A DNA stretch of 64,000 nt. Source: a virus (Duplodnaviria; Caudoviricetes). Of this stretch, positions 25,907-34,388 are shown in pieces. The stretch spans positions 673-64,672 of the IMG/VR virus record IMGVR_UViG_3300014968_000002; one strand, written 5' to 3'. The notes under the pieces are model-generated. The model was not told where the DNA came from and did no database searches. It was given only the letters and a program-made list of their open reading frames with translations. Made by a program: the position numbers and the translations under genes. How positions within the stretch are numbered: position 1 is the first letter of the stretch; each line of letters opens with the position of its first letter.

Positions 25907-26532
25907 ATCTTTACTCCTAGTCCGCCATAGACGCGAACTTTCTTCGCTGTCCAAAGCTGCCAGTAGAATTCTTCGAAGTCCATCTCGTCATCCATATCGA
26001 AGCGGCAGCGATAGTAATAGGTGCCGGTCCAGGTCAATGCTGCGCCATTGGCCGGCGCTGCGGTGAATGTCACAAGCCCGGTAGAGCTGATGGTGAAGTC
26101 AACGCCCAGCGTCTTGGCAACTCCTGCGACCTTGACATTGGTCAGCGTATTCACGTTCATGACTGGATCAACGAAGCCGCCGGTATAGATGGTCCTGGTT
26201 AGCTGGAATGCAGTGGTCGATCCGTCGCCTGAACCGAATGCCATATCGGTGACCGAATCATCTGAGGGATCATCGAGCAGAAAATCGTCGAAGTCTCCCT
26301 TCATTGAATTGAAGAAGTCCATGAGCTGTTGAAGCTCGGTGTAAGGGTTGCCTGCTATCGTGCCTGAGCGCAATAGGTTATAGATGAATTGGAAGCGGTA
26401 GAGCGGGCTGCTGAAGAAGCCAAGCCGCACCTCGCGGCCGCTTGCCGTCTCCTGCTTTGCAGTGCTCCACTTGGGCGTCTTGATGACGCTCCAGCCGAGG
26501 CCTGCAAGAACAGGGTAAACTGAATTGCTCAT
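25903..26532 (-). CDS. Distal tail protein (DUF2460 / TIGR02217-like)
   Basis: P.WST....ASGRE.R, FG.GDGSTTAFQL, GLVTFTAAPANGA.LTW, CRFD. Confidence 0.88.
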   Translation of the reverse strand: MSNSVYPVLAGLGWSVIKTPKWSTAKQETASGREVRLGFFSSPLYRFQFIYNLLRSGTIAGNPYTELQQLMDFFNSMKGDFDDFLLDDPSDDSVTDMAFGSGDGSTTAFQLTRTIYTGGFVDPVMNVNTLTNVKVAGVAKTLGVDFTISSTGLVTFTAAPANGAALTWTGTYYYRCRFDMDDEMDFEEFYWQLWTAKKVRVYGGLGVKI

Positions 26533-26538
26533 TTCCTC

Positions 26539-29091
26539 TTACCTCCGTTTGCTCGACATTGCCAGGTCCTTGCTGCCAGTTCGCGCGCCTTTGCGCACGG
26601 CAGCAGTGACAGCAGACTCAAAGTCATCCATGCCGTAAACATCGCCATGCATGTGCACGTGAACCGCTCCACCTCCTCCGCCTCCTGCTGCCATGCCGCG
26701 GATGGTGTCGGCAAGATGAGCCGGCAAGATCATTTCCTTCTCGTGAGTCTGGACCATTGGGTTGATGCCGGCAGGAATATCGTAGCCGCCTGCTGCCGAG
26801 GTAACCGCGCTTGCTTCTCCTGCTACAAGCAGCGCCGCAGCCGGTGCAGCCGCGGCTGCCAAGAAAGGACCGATGATAGGAATGCCTGACAGCGCGGCGA
26901 ACACGCCTGAGAACGTAGTGGCCGCATTGTTCATGATGGTCTTGATGGCAGACATTGCCTGGGCTGCAAGTCCTTCATCGGCAGCAGCCTGCTCTGCAGC
27001 AGAGCGCGCTGCGGTTCCTACCAAGGTAGAAGAGGTCTTGGCTGTCTCTGCCTGCAGGTGTGCCGCGGCTGACAGGCGCTCAAGCTGAATCTCGGCCAGC
27101 TTGTTGACGAGCCATTGCTTGCCCATCTTGATGAGCATGTTTATGAACTCGCCCAGTATCGATTGCCAGATATTTGCAAGCGCTTTCTGAAAAGTGGTGG
27201 TGCCCATTATCATGCCCTTGATTGAAGTATCAAAAGCATTGCTGATAGACGAAAAAATATTGTCCCAATTCTTTTTGAGCGCTTCGCCTACCTTGACCTG
27301 ATTTTGTATCTGCTTCAGTGCATAGTCGTCATCGAGCTTAAGTAGTTCGTCCTTTGCTTCTTTGGTATCGAGCTTGTCTTTCTCGAGAAGAGCCAGCTTG
27401 TCCTCAAGAGCCTTGCGCTGAATGTCGTAAGTCTGCCGCGCGTTCTGCTGCTCATAGAGTGCAAAGGTCTGCTCGGTGATCTGGCCCATCGCCAGGCGGC
27501 CTTTTTGCCGCTCCATCTCCTGGGCAAGCAAAGCTGTATTGTGCTTGGCATTGCTGTCTATCTCAGATGCTTGAAGCTGAACTTTAAAATCATGCAGTGC
27601 CATCTCCGCCTGGGTCTTCTCGCGGATGGCCTGCTTGTATTCGGTGCTGTCCTCGCCGTAGATAGACTTCTGATGCTCAGCCCATTCTCCGGCGATCTTT
27701 ACCTTTTCCTCCTTTGAGGTGCGGGCCTCGGCCATCTGCTGTGCTTCGTCGGCCTTGGCATCAGCCTGCCCTTGCTGGGCCAGTTGCTTGGAAAGCGTGT
27801 AGATCTGCTGGCGAACGGCGAACCATTCCTTGCTCTTCTCCTTGAAATCGTGCAGGTGCGATTCCCAGAACGATTTGTCGGACTTGGCCGTGTTCTCGAG
27901 CAGGTTGGTATCTTCGAGGTGCTTGTTCATAAGCTCTTCTTTGAGCTTCTGAACCGCGCTCTCTTCTCCCTTGGCCTTGCCGGTATAGCTCTTGCCGCCC
28001 TTCTTGCCCTCGCTGCCCTCGGCGTGTATCTCGCCTTTGCGCAAAGGCTTGTCCCAGATATCGTCAACCTGCGCCTTGGTCTGCGAGGTGATGAGGACAA
28101 GCTCGTCCATGAATTTGCGCCAGCGCTGCTTTGCTGCATCGACCGGGTGAGGGCTGGCAATAGCCGCGGCCATTCCGCCGACTGCCTCAATCGTGGCGGT
28201 GATAATGCTGATGGTGGCAAGCAAGTAGGTTATGAGCGATTGCCACATCTTGGTAAGAACCTCGATGACTCCGCCCAGCCCTTTCAAAGCTCCTTCGAGA
28301 ATCTTGATTGCAGTAGGACCAACCTCGCGGAACCACAGCGCCATGGCTTCAAGCCGCGGCATCATGTACTCGGCGATAGCCTTTCCCATGCCTTGCAGCA
28401 CCAGCCCAACTTCTGCAGTGGCCGTATGGAAGCGGTGCATGTCATCGACGCCGGTCTTGGTGGTTGCCAGGCCAAGATCTTCAACGTCCTGCTTGGCGCG
28501 CGCCATCATCTCGCTATTGAGGCGAAGCAGCGGCAGCACAGCTCCCCATCCGCGGCCGAACAATTCGGTGGCAGCCAGGTTGCGGTCGGTTCCTTCTTTG
28601 AATTGCTGCAGAGCGCCCAAGGCATTCTGCATGATCTGCTGCCCATCGAGGAACTCGTTGTTGGCCCCTCGCGTGGCGACGCCTAGTGCGTTCAAGCGCT
28701 GCTCATTGTTGCGCACCTGCAGAGTCATGCGCTGCAGGAGTCCTTCATATTGCTCGGCTGAAACGCCGATAAGCTTCAGCGCCGCGACTTGCTCGGTTGC
28801 TTTTTCGGTGGTGGTGCCGAGCATCTCAGACATCTTGAATGATGCCTCGGTAAACTCATCAGCCTCCTTGATGATTTCGGCGAAGCTGCCGCCGGCAACC
28901 ATCGCCATGATCTGGCTTTTGACTTGATTGAACTTCTCGCCAACCGAGGTAAGCTTCTCGGTCAGCTCCTTGCTCTGCTCAGCCATGCTCTTCGAGAATT
29001 CCTCGAAGCGCTTGTTGAGCAGGTCGACGGCCTGTACTGCGCCGTCGGTGTCTGCTGTTACCGATATGCCTACCTCGTTCGGATCGCTCAC
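26539..29091 (-). CDS. Tape measure protein
   Basis: 850 aa helical Ala/Leu/Lys-rich; C-terminal AAGGYDIP...HEKEMILPA; follows chaperones. Confidence 0.9.
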   Translation of the reverse strand: MSDPNEVGISVTADTDGAVQAVDLLNKRFEEFSKSMAEQSKELTEKLTSVGEKFNQVKSQIMAMVAGGSFAEIIKEADEFTEASFKMSEMLGTTTEKATEQVAALKLIGVSAEQYEGLLQRMTLQVRNNEQRLNALGVATRGANNEFLDGQQIMQNALGALQQFKEGTDRNLAATELFGRGWGAVLPLLRLNSEMMARAKQDVEDLGLATTKTGVDDMHRFHTATAEVGLVLQGMGKAIAEYMMPRLEAMALWFREVGPTAIKILEGALKGLGGVIEVLTKMWQSLITYLLATISIITATIEAVGGMAAAIASPHPVDAAKQRWRKFMDELVLITSQTKAQVDDIWDKPLRKGEIHAEGSEGKKGGKSYTGKAKGEESAVQKLKEELMNKHLEDTNLLENTAKSDKSFWESHLHDFKEKSKEWFAVRQQIYTLSKQLAQQGQADAKADEAQQMAEARTSKEEKVKIAGEWAEHQKSIYGEDSTEYKQAIREKTQAEMALHDFKVQLQASEIDSNAKHNTALLAQEMERQKGRLAMGQITEQTFALYEQQNARQTYDIQRKALEDKLALLEKDKLDTKEAKDELLKLDDDYALKQIQNQVKVGEALKKNWDNIFSSISNAFDTSIKGMIMGTTTFQKALANIWQSILGEFINMLIKMGKQWLVNKLAEIQLERLSAAAHLQAETAKTSSTLVGTAARSAAEQAAADEGLAAQAMSAIKTIMNNAATTFSGVFAALSGIPIIGPFLAAAAAPAAALLVAGEASAVTSAAGGYDIPAGINPMVQTHEKEMILPAHLADTIRGMAAGGGGGGAVHVHMHGDVYGMDDFESAVTAAVRKGARTGSKDLAMSSKRR

Positions 29092-29369
29092 CTTACAGCT
29101 CCTTGATTAAGCGATGCAGCCTCGGCCCTTGCTTGCGCCAACAGAGCCGCATCGTTCTGTGCTGCATCAGTCTGCTTCAATTCAGCGCCCAATATCTGCG
29201 CTATTACAGAAACTGTCTCTCCAAGCGGTGGGACAGTCTTCCACCTTGCATTAAGGGCGGCAAGCTTTATGAGGTCCATCTCGTTGTCGATGTACTCATA
29301 AGTATAGCCGCACTCCACCATCAGCTTGCCGTAGAGTGCGTCCCAGTTCAGCTCGCCGCCTGAGCTTCC
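29088..29369 (-). CDS. Tail assembly chaperone GT C-terminal part (-1 frameshift product)
   Basis: Open -1 frame from slippery site reads GSSGGELNWDALYGKLMVECGYTYEYID. Confidence 0.7.
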   Translation of the reverse strand, partial: GSSGGELNWDALYGKLMVECGYTYEYIDNEMDLIKLAALNARWKTVPPLGETVSVIAQILGAELKQTDAAQNDAALLAQARAEAASLNQGAVR

Positions 29370-29713
29370 CCCGGCTTGTCCACCTTCTTCTCCAGGCCTG
29401 AGCCGATGATGACCGCCATGAACACGTCTTGGAAATTGCCCATGTCAATCATGTCTTCGAGCTGGTCCTTCTGCAGTGCAGGATAGTTGCGCTTGATGGC
29501 GGCATGCGTCACCTCGAGCATGATATCGATCTGATCGGAATTAGGAATGCCAACTGCCTGGATATCGTTGATCTTCCCGCGCAGCGCTTTCAGCGACCTG
29601 AAGTTGAGCGGCGCGATGAGGTATTCCTTCATGCCATCCAGCTTGACCCAGGTGCCGCTGCAGGTTTCATCCTTAGGCGGAACCCGGATCGGCTCTTGCT
29701 GTGCTTCTTCCAT
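29348..29713 (-). CDS. Tail assembly chaperone G
   Basis: Between tail tube and tape measure; ends KPGE over GGGGGAA. Confidence 0.8.
   Translation of the reverse strand: MEEAQQEPIRVPPKDETCSGTWVKLDGMKEYLIAPLNFRSLKALRGKINDIQAVGIPNSDQIDIMLEVTHAAIKRNYPALQKDQLEDMIDMGNFQDVFMAVIIGSGLEKKVDKPGEAQAAS
29366..29372 (-). promoter_or_regulatory. Programmed -1 frameshift slippery site GGGGGAA
   Basis: CCG GGG GAA in G frame; -1 shift joins the downstream ORF in frame. Confidence 0.75.
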
Positions 29714-29758
29714 GATCTTCTTCTCCTGTGGTTATAGATTTTTGTTTCCGAGCGGGCC

Positions 29759-30505
29759 TTACTCGGAGAAGCTGAACTGGCCCCAGTTGTTGGTCGCGTC
29801 GGTGAACGCCTGGAAGTCGAACTCCGGCAGCATGAAGTCCGACAGCTTGGTTGCCAATGTCAGCTTGGTGCTCATGCAGGCATTGAGCTTCAGCCGCATT
29901 GACTTGCCGCCAAGAGAGCCGGCCAGCACCATGAGGAACTGCGGCTGCGAACCGGTGAGCTGGTTGACGCCCGTGATGAGGGTGCCGCTGTTGGCCGCGC
30001 CATTGTAGTCGTAGCTGACTGCCACCTGCACGCCGTTCATGGCGCTGTTGAACGTGTAGACGCCGGTCGTTTCATTCACCGAGTAGTTGCCGGTTCCCGA
30101 AGGAGCGGCTGCCACGCGGCTCATGTTGATGCCCGTTGCCATGTTCAGAACGCCCAGGTCCTCCACGTAGGTGCCGTTGCCGTTGTTGGTGACGGTGACG
30201 TTGTTGGAGGCAACGGTCTGCACCTCGTCGATGGCCGTCAGCACAGGCTGCGTGCCGAGCGAGGACTCGCCGAAGAACAGATTGTTGAAAGCAGCGCCAA
30301 AGAGCTGGCCGAACTTGGCCTTGCCGCTGATCTTGCCCGGGCCGCGCGCGACGTACAGAGGGAACTGGTACTGACCGAACAGCTCCTTGTTCTCGAAAGA
30401 AATGTCGACCGATACGTCTTGGATTGCGCCGAAGCGAATGGGGGTCGGATTGTTAACCCCCGTCTGCCGACCGTAGACAGAGCCGGTACCGAAAAAGTAT
30501 TGCAT
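29759..30505 (-). CDS. Major tail tube protein
   Basis: FGAIQDVSVDISFE.KELFGQ.QFP..VARG..KISGKAK; LATKLSDF.LPEFDF.AF. Confidence 0.85.
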   Translation of the reverse strand: MQYFFGTGSVYGRQTGVNNPTPIRFGAIQDVSVDISFENKELFGQYQFPLYVARGPGKISGKAKFGQLFGAAFNNLFFGESSLGTQPVLTAIDEVQTVASNNVTVTNNGNGTYVEDLGVLNMATGINMSRVAAAPSGTGNYSVNETTGVYTFNSAMNGVQVAVSYDYNGAANSGTLITGVNQLTGSQPQFLMVLAGSLGGKSMRLKLNACMSTKLTLATKLSDFMLPEFDFQAFTDATNNWGQFSFSE

Positions 30506-30515
30506 GAATGACTCC

Positions 30516-30989
30516 TTAAAAGGGGACGATTATCTCGACGGGTATTACTAGAACTCCGAGATCGCCGAGATCTCCCTCGAAGTCCTTCACCTCGCCGACT
30601 ATTTTGCAGTCGTAGACCAGCTTGCCCAGCGTGCAGCGCTGCGGGTCTCCGTCGACAAAAGTCGGCTCCATCGCCGCCTGTATGGCGTCAAGGATTGGGT
30701 TCAATTGCTGCGTTGGAATAACTGACTGATCGGTGTTGGCCAGGTGCGCAACGTAGACGCGCAGTTCAACCATCAGCGTCCAGACAGGAGGCTTGCCTGG
30801 ATCGCGCTTCACGCGCTCGCTGACCTGTGTCTGGAACAATGCAGGCATATTGCCAGGCGGGACTTCAGCCCAGCCTTGCATCTTGCGCGATGCGCTTGCC
30901 CAGGTTGTTGCTCCGGAAATGGGTATGGCAGGCCATGTCGCCGCACTGATGCGGGCAAACAATGCAGCGTAGATATTTTCGCGATTCAC
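30516..30989 (-). CDS. Tail terminator / completion protein
   Basis: Position before tail tube; RE.IYAALF, LNPILDAI.AA, TLG.LV. Confidence 0.75.
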   Translation of the reverse strand: MNRENIYAALFARISAATWPAIPISGATTWASASRKMQGWAEVPPGNMPALFQTQVSERVKRDPGKPPVWTLMVELRVYVAHLANTDQSVIPTQQLNPILDAIQAAMEPTFVDGDPQRCTLGKLVYDCKIVGEVKDFEGDLGDLGVLVIPVEIIVPF

Positions 30990-31516
30990 TTTGCTGCCTC
31001 CAGTAAAGCAATGCGCAACAGCTCGCGCGCCTCTTCGATTGTCTCTTCAAGAGAAGGCCGCAAGAACGGCCGCTCTGGAATATTCATCTTCATGCTGTGG
31101 CCCTTGACCGTGGCCATGCCCTGGATATAGCGTGTGCGCTTGGAACCGATTGGGCCGATCTTGGCCTTTGCATAGGTAAGGCCTGTCTTGGCAGCAGTGG
31201 TGATGCGGCGGGTATGCTCGGGCACGAAGACCGTACCATGGTAGCCGTACTCATGCACGCCTGCATAAGGGACATTGGTGCCGACGATGCCCTGCACTTT
31301 GGTCGAGGAGATGGCCTGCACCTGCCGGTTGATAGAGCGGCGCAAGGTGCCGGTGCGGACATGCAGAACATTATCAGTGAGCTTTGCCTTGACTCGCGCC
31401 TGAAGGCGAATGGTGTAAACATCCATGGCCTGCTTGATCGATTCGAGCAGGCGGGTAGGATAGGCCGCGAGCATTCCAACGACCATATCGTCCTTGACAT
31501 GGATCTGGATATTCAC
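30986..31516 (-). CDS. Neck/tail completion protein (HK97 gp10 / virion morphogenesis-like)
   Basis: VRTGTLRRSI, VGTNVPYAGVHEYG, IPERPFLRPS. Confidence 0.85.
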   Translation of the reverse strand: MNIQIHVKDDMVVGMLAAYPTRLLESIKQAMDVYTIRLQARVKAKLTDNVLHVRTGTLRRSINRQVQAISSTKVQGIVGTNVPYAGVHEYGYHGTVFVPEHTRRITTAAKTGLTYAKAKIGPIGSKRTRYIQGMATVKGHSMKMNIPERPFLRPSLEETIEEARELLRIALLEAAK

Positions 31517-32358
31517 GGCTGCACCACCCAGCGGTAAGGCTGCAGGAGGTTCTGAGCCGACTTGCTCAGCGCCATATCGGAATAAGTGACTGTCTCCTGC
31601 CCGATGGTGCGCGAGCGAATACCGTAGTTCTGCTGGTTGCGCAGCTTCGCGCCAACCGTCTCGACCACTGCCAGCTCTACCGAAGCGGGCACGAAGTCGT
31701 AGCTCATTTTGACTTGCTTGCCATTGTCGACTTGGGCGAAAGTATAGACCCCATCGGAGAAGGCATACTGGCCTGTCGCAGGAGTGCCAGACACGAGAGT
31801 CAGCGCGACTCCAGTCGCAGTGAACACCACGCCCTTGTCTGCGAAGGCATAGCCTGCTGTCGACATGGGCTGGCCCTGCAGGTCAACCATGCTGCCCTGG
31901 CGCGGGATGATTGTCGCAGGGTTTGAATTGGGAATAGTTCCTGTCTCGCTCGTGGTGTAGCCAATGGTGAGCGAAGGAATCTGCACATTCTGGTAGCCCT
32001 GGCGAAAGATGCAGCCTCCGAACATGTACAGGAATTTGCGGTCCCAGCCATAGCCTGCCGCGGCAGTGTTGAAGCCGAAGCCGTTTGAATCAGTAGGTGC
32101 TTGTGAGTAGCTGTAGCCATCGACCAGGATAGGGCCGGTGACTGCGATGATTGGATTGGACGGCATCATCAGGCGCGAGGTGCCCGAGCCGTTCAAGAGC
32201 AAGTTGGCCATTGTCGCGCGCTGGAATGTGCGGGAGCAGAACTGCACCGCCGCATCGGAAGCCATCGCAATCAAGCCTTGTATCATTGGGTCGGCAGGAA
32301 TGGACCCCACTCCGCCGGAAAGCATTGCCTTGGCGCGTGCCAGAGTAGTGAGGTCCAT
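31513..32358 (-). CDS. Head-tail adaptor/connector with insertion
   Basis: DLTTLARAK..L, LIAMASDAAVQFC.R.F, P..VELAV.E.V, SRTIGQETVTY, LL.PY. Confidence 0.8.
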   Translation of the reverse strand: MDLTTLARAKAMLSGGVGSIPADPMIQGLIAMASDAAVQFCSRTFQRATMANLLLNGSGTSRLMMPSNPIIAVTGPILVDGYSYSQAPTDSNGFGFNTAAAGYGWDRKFLYMFGGCIFRQGYQNVQIPSLTIGYTTSETGTIPNSNPATIIPRQGSMVDLQGQPMSTAGYAFADKGVVFTATGVALTLVSGTPATGQYAFSDGVYTFAQVDNGKQVKMSYDFVPASVELAVVETVGAKLRNQQNYGIRSRTIGQETVTYSDMALSKSAQNLLQPYRWVVQP

Positions 32359-32383
32359 CTATGTCTCCTGTCGATGCGTCGGA

Positions 32384-32680
32384 TTAGCGGCGGGCGCTGC
32401 CTTGCTTGGCTGCGCGCTCTTTGGCGGCAGCTTGCTCGGCGCGGCTCAGGAAACCGAGCAGGTCGGAATCCTTTGCGGCTTCTTCAATGCGCTGCTCCGG
32501 CTTCAGGCTGGCAAGCCACTTCTCCACGCGCATGAAGCCGTGCGGCTCGATATCCTTCTCGAGGTCAGCCGGGCCTTCGATGTAGCCGTCCTCGGCTTCC
32601 AGGTTGATGCCGCGGACAGTGATATTGCCGGCCGCAAAGGTGTCGCGGAACATGACTTGCGTGTTCGGAAAACGTTTCAT
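32384..32680 (-). CDS. Hypothetical virion-module protein
   Basis: GGAGAG SD; between capsid and adaptor. Confidence 0.7.
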   Translation of the reverse strand: MKRFPNTQVMFRDTFAAGNITVRGINLEAEDGYIEGPADLEKDIEPHGFMRVEKWLASLKPEQRIEEAAKDSDLLGFLSRAEQAAAKERAAKQGSARR

Positions 32681-32712
32681 TTGATGCTCTCCTGAGATTT
32701 TATGGACTAGGT

Positions 32713-32745
32713 AAAAACCCGCCCGGACGTTGTAACCCGGGCGGG
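32713..32745 (-). terminator. Rho-independent terminator after major capsid gene
   Basis: CCCGCCCGG/CCGGGCGGG 9-bp stem followed by TTTTT on minus strand. Confidence 0.8.
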
Positions 32746-32770
32746 GTACTGGCTCGTCAGTCAGGCCCTG

Positions 32771-34324
32771 TTAGTTCAGGCCGTCAGCGATGTTGGTGAT
32801 GATGCCGAACGCCGGCGGGAAGTAGTTCTGCAGCACGCCGTCGAAGTACACGCCGAAGGGGTACTTGCGGGTGGTCACAGGCCACTCGATCTGCCAGTAG
32901 TCCTGACGCAGCAGCATCTGCTTGACATTGGCGACGTTGGACTGCGGGTAGGGCAGCTCGTCGGTGTCGAACAGGATGGTGCCTGCGGGCATGTTCGGGT
33001 GGATAAGGACCGGGATTTCCTGCCCGCCGTTCATGGTGTACTTGTTCAGGTAGCTCGCGATCTTGAAGCCGCCCGCGATCATGCCCGAATTGTCCACCAC
33101 GACGTTGAAGCGCTGCGCGCCGGTATTGGCATTCTTCAGCACCGCGTTGGTGATGTTCTTCATCTCTTGCGAGTTGACCCAGATGCGGGTCGGAGACAGC
33201 CGGAAGTTGTCCCAGAAGTACTTCAGCGCGGTGTCGATTTCCTTCACGCCGCCATAGCCGTCGGCAGTGAGCGGGGTGCCCACGCCGGCGTTGCCGGTTG
33301 CCATCACTTGCTGATAGCTGTTGAGCGAGGCATTGGCCGCAAAGGTCAGGATGCCGTCGAAGACCAGGCCATCGGTCGAGAAATCATTGGCAGTCAGCGC
33401 GGAGAAGTTCGCGGTACCGGGCGAGGTGGAAGTGCCGGTCGCGTTGGCCGTGATGACCACGCTGTTGATGGTGGTGATTGCGCCCAGCACCAGAGCGCTC
33501 GCCGCAGCAGCCCAGAACCAGGCATACGCGAATGCGCCGGCCTTGGCAGTCACGGTGGCATTGATGATGTGGAGGTTGGCGCCGTCGTTGGCCGTGGTGA
33601 TATTGGCCTGAGACGAAGGCGCTGCGGTGCCGCCATTGATGACGGTGGTGGTGCCATCCGCATTGGAGCGGGTGTACTGCTGCACGACGCCGCCTGCCAG
33701 CGCTGCGCGGCGGAAGCCGTCCAGCGTCAGGGCAACCACGCCCACGCCGTAGGCGGTATTGCCGAGCAGCGCGCCGCCGGAGTTGGCTTGGGTGAGGGTG
33801 GCATTGGCGGTGGTGCCGAGCGCGAGCGAGGTATTGCCGCCGAGCATGATGCGCTCTTCCTCGATCATGGTGGCCTTCAGCAGATTGGACACCGACAGCG
33901 CCTTCAGGTCTTCGAAGCCCACCGCGGCGCGGTCAGCCTTGAAGGTCACTGAGTCTTCCAGACCCAGTTCCTTGTAGATGGCGATGTAGTCGGTCGTCTG
34001 CGTGGTAGTCACGCCCGAGCGCTTGCCTTCTTCAACGCCGATACCCAGGTTCTGGGTATTCAGCGCGGTGACGGCGCGCCAGTTCGCTTGGATGCCGCCC
34101 TTGCCCGATACGCGCGGAATCATGTTGCGCAGCGGGGTGATGACGGGGAAGAGCAGTTTGGCCGGCGCTTCCAGGTCATAGGCGGTGATGCCGCTGGTTG
34201 CCGTGGCGGATTGCACCCAGCCTGCTTTCAGCAGTTCGGGATTGGCTGCGCCCAGCGCTGCCCGCATTTCCTCGCTCTTGGCCAGGGTCTGCAGGGTGAT
34301 TTCTTTGACGTCTGTGAGATTCAT
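32771..34324 (-). CDS. Major capsid protein with central Thr/Ala/Asn-rich insertion
   Basis: Follows protease; YDLEAPAKLLFPVITPLRN.IPRV, IEEE..MLGGN, IHP.MP.GTI; strong GC3 codon bias; followed by terminator. Confidence 0.88.
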   Translation of the reverse strand: MNLTDVKEITLQTLAKSEEMRAALGAANPELLKAGWVQSATATSGITAYDLEAPAKLLFPVITPLRNMIPRVSGKGGIQANWRAVTALNTQNLGIGVEEGKRSGVTTTQTTDYIAIYKELGLEDSVTFKADRAAVGFEDLKALSVSNLLKATMIEEERIMLGGNTSLALGTTANATLTQANSGGALLGNTAYGVGVVALTLDGFRRAALAGGVVQQYTRSNADGTTTVINGGTAAPSSQANITTANDGANLHIINATVTAKAGAFAYAWFWAAAASALVLGAITTINSVVITANATGTSTSPGTANFSALTANDFSTDGLVFDGILTFAANASLNSYQQVMATGNAGVGTPLTADGYGGVKEIDTALKYFWDNFRLSPTRIWVNSQEMKNITNAVLKNANTGAQRFNVVVDNSGMIAGGFKIASYLNKYTMNGGQEIPVLIHPNMPAGTILFDTDELPYPQSNVANVKQMLLRQDYWQIEWPVTTRKYPFGVYFDGVLQNYFPPAFGIITNIADGLN

Positions 34325-34388
34325 CTGTTACTCCGTTTGGTTGGTTGAGTTTGCTTCAGTTTTGATGCGGTTGAGGTTGACGTTCAGC

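Noticed and set aside
32999-33952. 317-aa plus-strand ORF and similar antisense ORFs at 27772, 28232, 39017, 40811, 49471 and 50527
   Set aside because: Shadows of capsid, tape measure, MuF-region and terminase genes with implausible composition
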